Assembly: GCA_009835395.1 (NCBI GenBank)
Contig: VXXM01000014.1
Span: forward strand, 3,091-67,090
From: Acidimicrobiia bacterium
GTDB lineage: Bacteria > Actinomycetota > Acidimicrobiia > Acidimicrobiales > CATQHL01
Reading direction: 5' to 3'
DNA: 64,000 nt
A program made the translations under genes and the position numbers. Position 1 is the stretch's first letter. Each line of letters begins with the position of its first letter. Below the pieces are notes generated by a model. The model saw only the letters and a list, made by a program, of their open reading frames with translations. It searched no databases and was not told where the DNA came from. This document shows positions 20,419 to 30,332 of the stretch, piece by piece.

Positions 20419-20802
20419 TCAGTCGCCTCGCTGGTCGCGGTTGAAACGGTCGCGCATCCGCTGGCCGGGCGTGCCACCCTCATCGCGCCAGGCGCCGCTG
20501 AGGGGATTGCGCGAGATCTGCTGCAGCCCGGCCTTGCCCACCAGCCGGGCATTCCGCTCGAAGAACATCGCCGAGGCCAGCATGATCAAGAAGCCCACGA
20601 ACGACAGCCAGAACGACGTCGACAGCGTGAAGATCATGAAGACGATGCCGGCGATGAATCCCAGAACCGACCGCCTCAGGTTCCGGAACCCGTGGCGGAA
20701 CACCGTGGTGGAGCGGACCTCCTCGGCCAACTCCGGGTCTGTCTCGTAGAGGTTCGCCTCGATCTCGCTGAGAATCCGTTGCTCGTCCTCCGACAGCGCC
20801 AC
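20419..20802 (-). CDS. DUF3040 domain membrane protein
   Basis: ALSEDEQRILSEIEANLYETDPELA followed by two TM helices; typical dinB neighbour. Start inferred. Confidence 0.85.
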   Translation of the reverse strand: MALSEDEQRILSEIEANLYETDPELAEEVRSTTVFRHGFRNLRRSVLGFIAGIVFMIFTLSTSFWLSFVGFLIMLASAMFFERNARLVGKAGLQQISRNPLSGAWRDEGGTPGQRMRDRFNRDQRGD

Positions 20803-20911
20803 AGGCCTTGCTCCCTTCACGTTCGACAGCGGTTCCGCGCCGAGCCGATCGACGGCCGGCGGCTGCTCCCAAGTCTCGCACACGCGGCGCTCCGCCACAA
20901 CGCACTTGTGC

Positions 20912-22141
20912 TCACCGAGCGCGTTCGGCTCCTTCCGGCGTCGCCGGCGAACGAGCCCCGGCCGGGGTGATCACTTCCGAGCCGAACCGGGCCCTGAGTT
21001 CGTCGAGTGCCTCGCCCAGCGCCGCCGCCGGTCCCCCGGCGGCCTCGTCCAGGGTGAGCTGCTCCCCGCCGCCGACGGTCAGCGTGCCGGCGCCGATCCC
21101 CAGGAGCCGCACCCCGGCGTCGACCTCCAGACCCTCCAGCAGGCTCCGCGCCGCCCGTGCGATGTACGGGGCGTGAGCGGTGGCCCGCGCCAGGGAGCGC
21201 GACCGGGTGAGCGTCCGGAAGTCGCCGAAGCGCAGCTTCAACACGATGGTTCCGGCGGTGCAGCCGGCCTCCCGCAGGCGCGAGGCCAGGGCGTCGGCCT
21301 GCCGGAGGGCCTCGGCCTGCAGGGCGCTCCGGTCCGAGATGTCATGGGGAAAAGTCACCTCGCTGCTGAGCGATTTCGGCGCCCGCCAGGCAACGACGGG
21401 CCGGGGATCGTGCGCCGCGGCGAGTTCGGCCAGACGGCGCCCGTGGGCCGTGCCGAAGGCATCGATGAGGGTGTCGGTCGGCAGCGCCGCCAGCTCGCCG
21501 ACCGTCCCCGCACCCAGGTCACGCAGCCGGCGCCGTGTGGCCGGTCCGACCCCGGGCAGCGACCGCACCGGGAGTCGGTGCAGGAATACCAGCGCCTCGG
21601 ACGGATCCACCACGACCACTCCCCGGCCGGGGCGCACACCGCCGGGCGTTGCCTGGGGTTTGGCCTGCTCGGAGGCCAGCTTGGCCAGCAGCTTGTTCGG
21701 GGCGACCCCCACCGAGCAGGTGAGGCCCTCGGTCCGCGCCAACTCGGCGCGTATCCGCCCGGCGATCTCGGCCGGTGCGCCGAACAGGCGCCGGGCGCCG
21801 GTCACGTCCAGGAACGCCTCGTCCAGCGAGAGCGCCTCCACCAGGGGGGTGTAGCGACCGAACAGCTCCATGATCCTGCCGCTGAGCTGGCGGTAGTAGT
21901 CGTGATCGGCAGGCAGGAACACGCCTCCAGGGCACAGCGAGCGCGCCCGCCGGGTGGGCATGGCCGAGTCGACACCGAACCGCCGGGCCTCGTAGGAGGC
22001 CGCCGCCACGACGCCGCGGTCGCCGGTTCCCCCGACGATCACCGGCCGGCCGGCCAACTCGGGGCGCCGCAGCACCTCCGCCGCGGCGAAGAAGGCGTCC
22101 ATGTCCACGTGCAGCACGTTGGCCGCACCAAGTTGCGGCAT
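20912..22141 (-). CDS. dinB: DNA polymerase IV
   Basis: LHVDMDAFFA, AASYEARRFGV, SLDEAFLD, NKLLAKLAS, VRLLGI. Confidence 0.96.
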   Translation of the reverse strand: MPQLGAANVLHVDMDAFFAAAEVLRRPELAGRPVIVGGTGDRGVVAAASYEARRFGVDSAMPTRRARSLCPGGVFLPADHDYYRQLSGRIMELFGRYTPLVEALSLDEAFLDVTGARRLFGAPAEIAGRIRAELARTEGLTCSVGVAPNKLLAKLASEQAKPQATPGGVRPGRGVVVVDPSEALVFLHRLPVRSLPGVGPATRRRLRDLGAGTVGELAALPTDTLIDAFGTAHGRRLAELAAAHDPRPVVAWRAPKSLSSEVTFPHDISDRSALQAEALRQADALASRLREAGCTAGTIVLKLRFGDFRTLTRSRSLARATAHAPYIARAARSLLEGLEVDAGVRLLGIGAGTLTVGGGEQLTLDEAAGGPAAALGEALDELRARFGSEVITPAGARSPATPEGAERAR

Positions 22142-22175
22142 GCGGCCACGCTAGGTCGCACTCGGCACCGCTGCG

Positions 22176-22517
22176 ATGACGGCGGGCCGTCCTAGCCTGG
22201 TTCGGGTGATTGGCACCGAGGCCGCCACTCCCTCCCGGTCGGCGCTGCCGGGACGCCGCGCGCGGGCCGTGGCCGCCTTGGCGATCCTCCTTGCAGGGGT
22301 CTGCGGCGGGCTCATCGGCTATGCCCTCGTGGACGTGAGCTGCACGGGCGACTGCGGCTGGCAACTCGGCGTGGGCACCCTCGTGGGTGCCGTGGCGAGC
22401 GCCTCGGGCGTGGCGGTCGTGGCCTCCCTGACGCTGCGGGCCTCCCACGAGTGGCGGAGTGGCCGGCGAGCCGCCTCGGGGGCCACCCGGCGGCCCGTCC
22501 GCCGGCGAGCCCGGTGA
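22176..22517 (+). CDS. Small two-TM membrane protein
   Basis: Two hydrophobic helices flanking CTGDC; stop overlaps the start of the next gene. Confidence 0.7.
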   Translation: MTAGRPSLVRVIGTEAATPSRSALPGRRARAVAALAILLAGVCGGLIGYALVDVSCTGDCGWQLGVGTLVGAVASASGVAVVASLTLRASHEWRSGRRAASGATRRPVRRRAR

Positions 22518-23365
22518 CTGCCGGCGGCACCGACCTCGAAGCCCTCCGGCAACTGGCCGTCGAGTTGGCCACCGCGGCCGGCGACGTCGTCGCCGAACAC
22601 CACGGCCGCGCCGCCCCCGTCGGCGTCAAGTCCTCCCGCACCGACCTGGTGACCGCCACCGATCGCGCCGCGGAGTCCCTCATCACCTCGCGCCTGGAGC
22701 GCGCCCGGCCCCACGACGGGATCGTCGGCGAGGAGGGTGCCTCCCGCGCCGGTTCCTCGGGGATCACCTGGTTCATCGATCCCATCGACGGCACCACCAA
22801 CTTCGTGTACGGGCACCCCGGCTACGCGGTCTCGGTGGGCGCCGCCGCCGGTGGCCGGCCTCTCGCCGGCGCGGTCGTCGACCCGCTGCACGGGGAGGTC
22901 TTCTCGGCGGCGCGCGGTGGCGGCGCGTTCTGCAACGGCGAACGCCTGGCGGTGAGCAGCACGGTCGATCTCGGGTCGGCCCTCGTGGCCACCGGCTTCG
23001 GCTACAACGAGGCGGACCGGATCCACCAGGGCACCGTCGTGGCGGGCCTCCTCGGCCGGGTGCGCGACATCCGCCGGATGGGCTCGGCGGCCCTGGACCT
23101 CTGCTCGGTCGCCTGCGGCCGGGTGGACGCCTACTACGAGTACCGCCTCTGCCCCTGGGACCACGCGGCGGGAAGCCTCATCGCCTCCGAGGCCGGCGCC
23201 GTCACCCGCAGCCCCGTGCTCGAGCCTCCCAGCCGCTCCGGAGCCGGCGCCGTCGGGTTCGTGCTCGCCGCCGCTCCCGGCGTGGCGCCCGCCCTTTGTG
23301 ACCTCCTGGCCGAACTCGGAGCCTGGCCCGGCGGAGCCCCGGCCGGCGGCGTCCAGGACCTCTGA
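22514..23365 (+). CDS. suhB: Inositol monophosphatase family (SuhB-like)
   Basis: DLVTATDRAAE, GEEG, DPIDGTTNF, RRMGSAALDLC, PWDHAAG. Confidence 0.88.
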   Translation: MTAGGTDLEALRQLAVELATAAGDVVAEHHGRAAPVGVKSSRTDLVTATDRAAESLITSRLERARPHDGIVGEEGASRAGSSGITWFIDPIDGTTNFVYGHPGYAVSVGAAAGGRPLAGAVVDPLHGEVFSAARGGGAFCNGERLAVSSTVDLGSALVATGFGYNEADRIHQGTVVAGLLGRVRDIRRMGSAALDLCSVACGRVDAYYEYRLCPWDHAAGSLIASEAGAVTRSPVLEPPSRSGAGAVGFVLAAAPGVAPALCDLLAELGAWPGGAPAGGVQDL

Positions 23366-23395
23366 GCACGGCAGCAGCCCGCGAATTGGGGCAGC

Positions 23396-24085
23396 ATGGT
23401 GACCATGGCCACGCGCATCCTGACCGTGGAGGACGACGAGCGCATCCGCACCTCCCTGCGGCTGGCCCTCGAGGACGAGGGCTGGGAGGTGCAGGAATCC
23501 TCCAACGGCGAGGCCGCGCTGAGCATCTTCCGGCGCCAGCCCGCCGACGTGGTGCTGATCGACATCATGCTGCCGGGCGTGGACGGGTTCGAGGTGTGCC
23601 GCTCGCTACGGCGGATCAGCAACGTCCCCATCGTCATGGTCACCGCCCGGGAGGACACCCACGACATCGTGGCCGGGCTGGAGGCCGGCGCGGACGACTA
23701 CCTCACCAAGCCGTTCGCACCCAAGGAGCTCTCGGCGCGCATCCGGGCGCTGCTGCGGCGGGCCCGCACCGCCGAGGGACCGCTCACGAACTTCATCTTC
23801 GCCGACCTGGAGGTCTTCGCTGAGGAGGGCGTCGTACGCCGGGGCAGCCAGGAGATCAACCTCACCAAGACCGAACTCCGTCTGCTCGTCGAACTAGCCT
23901 CCAGTCCCGGCCGCACCCTCAGCCGGGAGGTGTTGCTGGAGCGCATCTGGGGCTACGGCTACTTCGGCGACAGCCGGCTCGTTGACGTGCACATCCGCCG
24001 TCTCCGGACCAAGATCGAAACCGACCCTGCCAATCCCCGCCACGTCGTGACCGTCCGCGGCGAGGGGTACAAGCTGCAGCCGTAG
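23396..24085 (+). CDS. OmpR-family response regulator (MtrA/AfsQ1-like)
   Basis: VEDD, DIMLP, GADDYLTKPF; winged helix DSRLVDVHIRRLRTKIE. Confidence 0.95.
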   Translation: MVTMATRILTVEDDERIRTSLRLALEDEGWEVQESSNGEAALSIFRRQPADVVLIDIMLPGVDGFEVCRSLRRISNVPIVMVTAREDTHDIVAGLEAGADDYLTKPFAPKELSARIRALLRRARTAEGPLTNFIFADLEVFAEEGVVRRGSQEINLTKTELRLLVELASSPGRTLSREVLLERIWGYGYFGDSRLVDVHIRRLRTKIETDPANPRHVVTVRGEGYKLQP

Positions 24086-24090
24086 AAACC

Positions 24091-25470
24091 GTGGCCGCGC
24101 GCGTCTCCCTGCGGCTGCGCGTCAGCCTGGTCTTCGGACTCGGTGCGCTCGTGCTCGCCGCCGGCCTCTCGCTCATCACCTACGAGTTGACACGGGACAA
24201 CCTGCTGACCCGCCGGGAGGACACCTCGCTGGCGCGCGTCCTGTTCAACGCCACCCAGGTCAGCCGGCTCATCGACGCCGAGTCGACCGAGCAGCAGTTG
24301 CGCGACCTGCTGCAGAACCTCTACACACCGCTCGGCGCCCGCCCGGTCATCCGCTTCGGCGATCTCTGGCTCTCGGCGAATCCCGTCGAGTTCAGCGAGC
24401 CGCAGATCGATCCGCTCCTCAAGGACACCGTGGCGCGGGGTCGCGCCGCGCAGATGCGCTACGTCGTGGGGGAAACCCCCTTCGCCGTCATCGGCATTCC
24501 CTACTTCGACATCGACGCCGCCTACTACGAGGCGGTGCCGCTCGACGACATCGCCGACACGCTCAGCTCACTGTTGATCGCGCTCCTCACCGGGAGCGCC
24601 ATCACGGTCCTCGCCGGCATCGGCATCGGCATCTGGGCGGCGCAGCGCGCCGTGCAACCGCTCACCGACATCGGTGAGGCGGCCGAGGCCATCGCCGCCG
24701 GCGATCTCAACACGCGCCTCGAGGGCGCTGACCCCGATCTGGAGCGGCTGTCGCGCTCGTTCAACCAGATGGCCAGCGCCCTGCAGGACCGCATCGAGCG
24801 AGACGCCCGCTTCGCCTCGAACGTGAGCCACGAGTTGCGCTCGCCCCTGATGACGCTCACGGCCTCCCTGGAGGTCCTGCGCAGGCGCCAGGGGGAATTG
24901 CCGGTGCGGTCCCAGACGGCACTCAACCTGCTCACCGCCGACCTCGAGCACTTCAAGCAGCTCGTCGCGGACCTGCTGGAGATCTCCCGCTACGACGTGG
25001 GTGCCGCCGCCCTGGAACTCGAGGAATTCGAGATCATCGAGTTCGTCCAGCAGGCGGCTCGCGCCGCCGGGCACACGCCTCGCGTCACCCGCGATCCCGA
25101 CACCGAGGGCCTGGTGCTGCGGGCCGACCGGCGGCGCCTGGCGCAGGTCATGGCGAACCTGCTGGAGAACGCCCAGAACCACGCCGGCGGCGCCACCGAG
25201 ATCCACGTGGAGCGCTTCGATGCCTCGGTGGAGATCTCGGTGATCGACGCCGGACCGGGCGTGAGGGCCGAGGACCGCGACGTCATCTTCGACCGCTTCT
25301 CACGCGGCAGCCGGCAGACCTCGGGGGGGCGTTTCAGCGGTACGGGGCTGGGGTTGGCGCTCGTGGCCGAACACGTTCGCCTGCACGGCGGCTCGGTCCG
25401 CGTGACCGAGCGGGCCGACGGCGCCTCGGGCGCCCGATTCGTCGTCACACTCCCGGTGAACGAGCTGTGA
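24091..25470 (+). CDS. HAMP-domain sensor histidine kinase (MtrB-like)
   Basis: Two TM helices, HAMP domain, SHELRSPL H-box, NLLENA, DAGPG, GTGLGL. Confidence 0.95.
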   Translation: MAARVSLRLRVSLVFGLGALVLAAGLSLITYELTRDNLLTRREDTSLARVLFNATQVSRLIDAESTEQQLRDLLQNLYTPLGARPVIRFGDLWLSANPVEFSEPQIDPLLKDTVARGRAAQMRYVVGETPFAVIGIPYFDIDAAYYEAVPLDDIADTLSSLLIALLTGSAITVLAGIGIGIWAAQRAVQPLTDIGEAAEAIAAGDLNTRLEGADPDLERLSRSFNQMASALQDRIERDARFASNVSHELRSPLMTLTASLEVLRRRQGELPVRSQTALNLLTADLEHFKQLVADLLEISRYDVGAAALELEEFEIIEFVQQAARAAGHTPRVTRDPDTEGLVLRADRRRLAQVMANLLENAQNHAGGATEIHVERFDASVEISVIDAGPGVRAEDRDVIFDRFSRGSRQTSGGRFSGTGLGLALVAEHVRLHGGSVRVTERADGASGARFVVTLPVNEL

Positions 25471-26105
25471 GTTCCTTGCGCAGGCCCCCTGTCCGGCGGT
25501 CCCTTCCCGCACTGCTGGGGGCGCTGGCGACGCTGGTCACCGCAGCGGCCTGCGGCGTGCCGCAGGATCCGGCGCCGCGTATCCTGGACGCCTCGGACCT
25601 CCCGGAGGAGTTGGCGATCCCCGCCACGACGACGACCTCAACCGAGGCGCCGGTACCTCGCCAGAGCGTCTACCTCTACTTCGTGGACGGTGAGATCCTG
25701 AGCCAGCCCGTCGAGCGTGAGCTGGCCACACCCGCAGGCCTGGTGGCCGCCCTCGATGCACTCATCGAGGGGCCGACCGAGGAGGAAGCCTCGGCGGGGC
25801 TCACCTCGGTGATTCCCGCCGAGACGGTCGTCCTCGGCAGCGATCTCACCAACGGCGTGCTGCAGGTGAATCTCGCCGAGGGGGCGCTCGAGCAGATCGA
25901 GGGCGCGCTCCAGAGCCTGGCGATCGCCCAACTGGTCTACACCGCCACCGAACTCCCCGGCGTGGACTGGCTCTGGGTGCTGATCGAGGGCGAGCCTCGC
26001 GCTCTGCCCACCGACGAGGGCGACGTGGAGGCGCCGGTGGGACGGGTGCACTACGCCTCGCTGGGACCGCCCGGACCACCGCCCGGACCCGGCGGGGGCG
26101 GCTAG
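25467..26105 (+). CDS. GerMN-domain lipoprotein
   Basis: Lipobox AAACG; LYFV, LIEGPT...GLTSVIP, AQLVYTAT. Confidence 0.85.
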   Translation: MSSLRRPPVRRSLPALLGALATLVTAAACGVPQDPAPRILDASDLPEELAIPATTTTSTEAPVPRQSVYLYFVDGEILSQPVERELATPAGLVAALDALIEGPTEEEASAGLTSVIPAETVVLGSDLTNGVLQVNLAEGALEQIEGALQSLAIAQLVYTATELPGVDWLWVLIEGEPRALPTDEGDVEAPVGRVHYASLGPPGPPPGPGGGG

Positions 26106-27133
26106 GAGCGGCAGGCCTCGGCCACCTCCCAGAGCCCGTCGGGTATCGGCTTCAACGCCGCGGTCGCATCCTCCAGCGGCACCAGGCCGATCCTGCCGGC
26201 CTCCACCGCCACCATTCGGCCGAACGCGCCTGCGTGGGCGGCGTCCACCGCCGCAACTCCGAAAGAACTGCACAGCACGCGATCGAAAGCCGTCGGGGTG
26301 CCGCCGCGCTGAGTGTGGCCCAGCACGGTGATCCGGGTCTCCAGATCGGTACGCCGCTCGATCTCGGACGCCACGATGGCACCGATCCCGCCGAGGCGGA
26401 CATGCCCGTATTCATCGACGCCGGGCTCGGGCACCTCCAGGGTGCCCGGCACCGGCCGGGCGCCCTCGGCCACGACGACCACCGAGGACTGGGCGCCACC
26501 GTCGTGCAGGCTGCGCAACTCCGCAGCGATCGCGGCGATGTCGAACGGGCGCTCGGGCACCAGGATGGCGGCGGCACCGCCGGCGATGCCCGCCCACAGC
26601 GCCACGTGACCGGCGTGGCGGCCCATCACCTCCACGACCATGACCCTGTGGTGCGATTCGGCGGTGGTGTGCAACCGGTCGATGGCGTCGGTGGCGGTCT
26701 GCACCGCGGTCTCGAAGCCGAAGGTCAGCTGGGTACCCCCCACGTCGTTGTCGATCGTCTTGGGCACGCCCACGAGGGGCACACCGAGGTCGCGGTGCAG
26801 CCGGTGCGCCACGCTCAGAGTCCCCTCACCGCCGACGACGATCAGCGCCTCCACAGCCCGGCCGGCCAGCACATCGACCACTCTGGCCGGGCCATCGGCG
26901 GTCATGTAGGGCTGGATGCGCGAGGTACCGAGGATCGTGCCGCCCCGGGCCAGGATCCGCGCGGCGCGCTCGGGAATGATCGGGACAGCGTCGTCCTCGA
27001 CGACTCCCCGCCATCCGTCCCGGAAACCCAGCACCTCGTCTCCCCAGCGCCGGGCGCCGTGCAGCACCACGGCCCGGATCACGGCGTTCAGACCCGGACA
27101 GTCGCCACCACCGGTGAGGATGCCGAGCCGCAC
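26102..27133 (-). CDS. pfkA: 6-phosphofructokinase (likely ATP-dependent)
   Basis: TGGGDCPGLN, GGTILGTSR, GGEGT, PKTIDND, EVMGR, LGHTQRGG. Confidence 0.95.
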   Translation of the reverse strand: MRLGILTGGGDCPGLNAVIRAVVLHGARRWGDEVLGFRDGWRGVVEDDAVPIIPERAARILARGGTILGTSRIQPYMTADGPARVVDVLAGRAVEALIVVGGEGTLSVAHRLHRDLGVPLVGVPKTIDNDVGGTQLTFGFETAVQTATDAIDRLHTTAESHHRVMVVEVMGRHAGHVALWAGIAGGAAAILVPERPFDIAAIAAELRSLHDGGAQSSVVVVAEGARPVPGTLEVPEPGVDEYGHVRLGGIGAIVASEIERRTDLETRITVLGHTQRGGTPTAFDRVLCSSFGVAAVDAAHAGAFGRMVAVEAGRIGLVPLEDATAALKPIPDGLWEVAEACRS

Positions 27134-27139
27134 GGAGAC

Positions 27140-28315
27140 TCAGCCGAGCGCGGGCAGGGCCTTGCGCAGGTTCCGCACAGCCTGGCCGATGCGCTGCTCG
27201 TTCTCGATGAGTGCGAAGCGCACGAAGCCCTCGCCGCCGGGGCCGAACCCGCCGCCGGGCGAGGTGGCCACACCAGCCTCGGTGACGAGGAAGGAGGCGA
27301 AGCCGACCGAGTCCATGTGGCGGTACGGCTCCGGGATCGGCGCCCAGACAAACATCGATCCCTTCGGCGGATCCACGTGCCAGCCGATACGCGCCAGACC
27401 CTCGCACAGGCTGTCGCGGCGACTCTGGTAGGTGTCGCTCACCAGCTTCGGGTAGTCGGCCGCCTCGTTGAGAGTCACCGTGGCGGCGATCTGGACAGGC
27501 TGGAACGTGCCGTAGTCCAGGTAGGACTTGAGCTTGGCGAGTGCAGCCACCACCTCGGCGTTGCCCGCCATGAAGGCCACTCGCCAGCCGGCCATCGAGA
27601 AGGACTTGGTGAGCGAGTAGAACTCCACGGCCACGTCGAGGGCGCCGTCGGCCTCCAGGATCGACGGAGGCCGGTAGCCGTCGAAGGCGATGTCGGCGTA
27701 GGCGAAGTCGTGGACCACCAGGACGTCGTGCCGGCGGGCGAAGTCCACGACCCGCTGCATGAAGTCCAGATCTACGCAGGTGGTGGTCGGATTGTGCGGG
27801 AACGACAGCAGGATGACCCGCGGCTTGGGCCACGAGTACTCCCAGCGCTGCCGGAGCACCTCGTCGAGGTCGTCGCCCACCGAGAGCGGGATGTTGCGAA
27901 TCTCCGCGCCGGCGAAGAGGGGCGCGTAGAGGTGGATGGGATACGACGGCGCCGGCACCAGCACGGCGTCGCCCGGCTGCAGCACCACCCACATCAGGTG
28001 CGAGAGGCCCTCCTTGGCGCCGATGGTGTTGATGATCTGCGTCTCGGGGTCGAGTTCGACGCCGAACCGTCGCAGGTACAGGTCCGCCACGGCGCTGCGG
28101 AGCTTGGGAATCCCCCGGCTGAGCGAGTAGCGATGGTTGCGGGGGTTGCGGGCGGCCTCGGCCAGTTTCTCCACGGCGATGTCGGGCGACGGGATGTCCG
28201 GGTTGCCGAAACCCAGGTCGATGATGTCCTCGCCGCGGCGACGGCCCTCCACCTTGAGGCGGTCGATCACCGAGAAAACGTACGGCGGGAGATTGGTTAT
28301 GCGGCGGAACTCCAT
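27140..28315 (-). CDS. Class I/II PLP aminotransferase (AlaC-like)
   Basis: [37 protein letters not shown]. Confidence 0.92.
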   Translation of the reverse strand: MEFRRITNLPPYVFSVIDRLKVEGRRRGEDIIDLGFGNPDIPSPDIAVEKLAEAARNPRNHRYSLSRGIPKLRSAVADLYLRRFGVELDPETQIINTIGAKEGLSHLMWVVLQPGDAVLVPAPSYPIHLYAPLFAGAEIRNIPLSVGDDLDEVLRQRWEYSWPKPRVILLSFPHNPTTTCVDLDFMQRVVDFARRHDVLVVHDFAYADIAFDGYRPPSILEADGALDVAVEFYSLTKSFSMAGWRVAFMAGNAEVVAALAKLKSYLDYGTFQPVQIAATVTLNEAADYPKLVSDTYQSRRDSLCEGLARIGWHVDPPKGSMFVWAPIPEPYRHMDSVGFASFLVTEAGVATSPGGGFGPGGEGFVRFALIENEQRIGQAVRNLRKALPALG

Positions 28316-28326
28316 CGCTTCCGAGG

Positions 28327-29316
28327 CTAGCGAGCGCGCCCGCCCGCTCGGTGCAGGTCCGGCCCGCCGAGGGCGTCCCGCGCCAGGTGGGCCGCGCCGA
28401 TGACCCCCGCCCGGTCGCCGTGGCGGGCTCGCCGCACCTCCACGGAAGGCCTCCTGCCCTGCTCCACGAAGATCTTCGCCAGGGCGTCGCGCACCGGCGC
28501 CAGGAACACCTCGCCCAGTTCGGACAGTCCCCCGCCGAGCACGATCACCTCCGGCGACAGCACCAGGATCAGGTTGTTGAGCCCCAGCGCCACCCAGGAG
28601 GAGAACTCGCGCAGCAGTCGGCGCGCCACGGGGTCGCCGGCGGTCGCCAGCTCCCCCACGTGCTCACCCCGGAGCGCGTCGATGCGACCCGCCGCCCGGT
28701 CCCTGAGCGCCGGCGCCTTCCCGGCACCGGCGGCTTGCCGAGCGGCTCTCCCGAGCGCCTCTCCGGAGGCAAGCTGTTCCCAGCAGCCGCGGCGGCCGCA
28801 CAGGCACTCCGGACCGTCAGGGGCCACGATCATGTGCCCCGCCTCGCCGGCCAGGCCGTGCGCGCCGCGCCGGATCTCGCCGTCGAGCAGCAGCGCCGCT
28901 CCGATCCCGGTCCCGAAGGTGACCAGCAGGGCATCGGCGAGACCGGACGCGGCCCCACCCTCCATCTCGCCGCGCAGGGCCGCGGTTGCGTCGTTCTCCA
29001 CCACCACCGGACGGCGCAGCCGCTCGGTCAGCAGCGAACGCAGCGGGAAGTCGGCAATGGCGGGAATGTTCGGGGATGTGGCCACCACACCCGACCGGTC
29101 CACGAGCCCGGCGCACCCCACACCGAGCGCGGCGACCGGCTCGGCCAACGCCTCCTCCATCCCGCACACCATCTCGCAGATCACCTCGACGATGCCGGCC
29201 ATGCTGCCGGGGCGGTCGCTGCGCCGGGCATCGTGCGCCCCGGCGCCGGAAGCGAGCACCTCGGCCCGGATGTTGGTCCCACCGATGTCGAAGCCCGCCA
29301 GGCGCCCCGACATCAT
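28327..29316 (-). CDS. ROK family sugar kinase (glucokinase-like)
   Basis: [33 protein letters not shown]. Confidence 0.9.
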   Translation of the reverse strand: MMSGRLAGFDIGGTNIRAEVLASGAGAHDARRSDRPGSMAGIVEVICEMVCGMEEALAEPVAALGVGCAGLVDRSGVVATSPNIPAIADFPLRSLLTERLRRPVVVENDATAALRGEMEGGAASGLADALLVTFGTGIGAALLLDGEIRRGAHGLAGEAGHMIVAPDGPECLCGRRGCWEQLASGEALGRAARQAAGAGKAPALRDRAAGRIDALRGEHVGELATAGDPVARRLLREFSSWVALGLNNLILVLSPEVIVLGGGLSELGEVFLAPVRDALAKIFVEQGRRPSVEVRRARHGDRAGVIGAAHLARDALGGPDLHRAGGRAR

Positions 29317-29392
29317 GACAGCGGCACCGGCATCGGTGGGTTGGAGCCGACGCGGGAGCGCGGCCCGGGCTGGTTGTCGCCGGCCGCAGGTT

Positions 29393-29866
29393 TCACCCGC
29401 GGCGCTGCGCCCGCTCCGCGCTGACCGACTCGATGCGGCGCCGCAACTGGTCCAGCGCCGCCTGCATGATGCGCGACTCCGCCCGGCGCTTCACGAACCC
29501 GGGCACCGCCACCGCCAGTTCGGCCGCGAGCGAGTAGGTGATGAGGGTCTTGCCCTCGTCGTCGGCCGACGGCGCCAACTCGTACTCACCGTCCAGGTGG
29601 CGGACCTGGTCGCCCTCGACGAGCCGCCACGCCACCCGCAACGGGTTCGAGCCGTAGAAGTACTTGAGCGTGTAGGTCACGCTGCGGCCCATCGCCGCTG
29701 CCCGGAAAGCGACGAGACCGCCCGCACCGCTGTCGTCCCGCCGCAGCACGCGGGCCTCCTTGATGTCCGGCACCCACTGCGGGTACTGCTCGAAGTCCAC
29801 GACGACGTCGAAGCAGTCCGACGGCGAGGCGTTCACCAGCATCCGGCGCGTCGAGAACTCAACCAT
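29393..29866 (-). CDS. SRPBCC/START-fold (polyketide cyclase-like) protein
   Basis: DFEQYPQWVPDIK, LDGEYEL, VPGFVKRRAE. Confidence 0.85.
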   Translation of the reverse strand: MVEFSTRRMLVNASPSDCFDVVVDFEQYPQWVPDIKEARVLRRDDSGAGGLVAFRAAAMGRSVTYTLKYFYGSNPLRVAWRLVEGDQVRHLDGEYELAPSADDEGKTLITYSLAAELAVAVPGFVKRRAESRIMQAALDQLRRRIESVSAERAQRRG

Positions 29867-30332
29867 CTCGCCTCCGCGCGGTGTGCGGGGGCCGGCTGGG
29901 AAAGTCGCCGTGCCCCGCACCCCAGAGAGCTATCACGCCCAAGCCGTACACACCCGCAAGAATACCGAACGCGAGCGGTCCAAAGGGGCGAACCGCAGCG
30001 CCGGTGAGCCCGGCGGCGAACTGCAACCCGGCGGCGAGCCGCAACTCGGTGCGCACCGACCGGGGCGCCCCCGGCATTCCGATGAAGGCTGCCATCGTCG
30101 AGAGCTGCTCGGCACGGCTCCGGCGCACCGCCACGGCGTACGCCCGCCCGAAGGCGAGACTCCCTGCGCCGAACAGCGCCAGCGCCACGGCCTGGGCGGC
30201 CGTACCGGCTCGATCGGGCCACGCCGCACCCAGCACGATCGCAACACACAGCACCGCCGTGCCGACGCGGGAGGCCACGAGCAGCCACTGCCAGGGCGGA
30301 GCGTCACCCGCGGCGGGCGCCGGGGAACTCAA
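29859..30332 (-). CDS. Hypothetical membrane protein
   Basis: C-terminal part of ORF 29859..30773 with about four TM helices; TTG start overlaps the glycosyltransferase stop. Confidence 0.65.
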   Translation of the reverse strand: MSSPAPAAGDAPPWQWLLVASRVGTAVLCVAIVLGAAWPDRAGTAAQAVALALFGAGSLAFGRAYAVAVRRSRAEQLSTMAAFIGMPGAPRSVRTELRLAAGLQFAAGLTGAAVRPFGPLAFGILAGVYGLGVIALWGAGHGDFPSRPPHTARRRDG

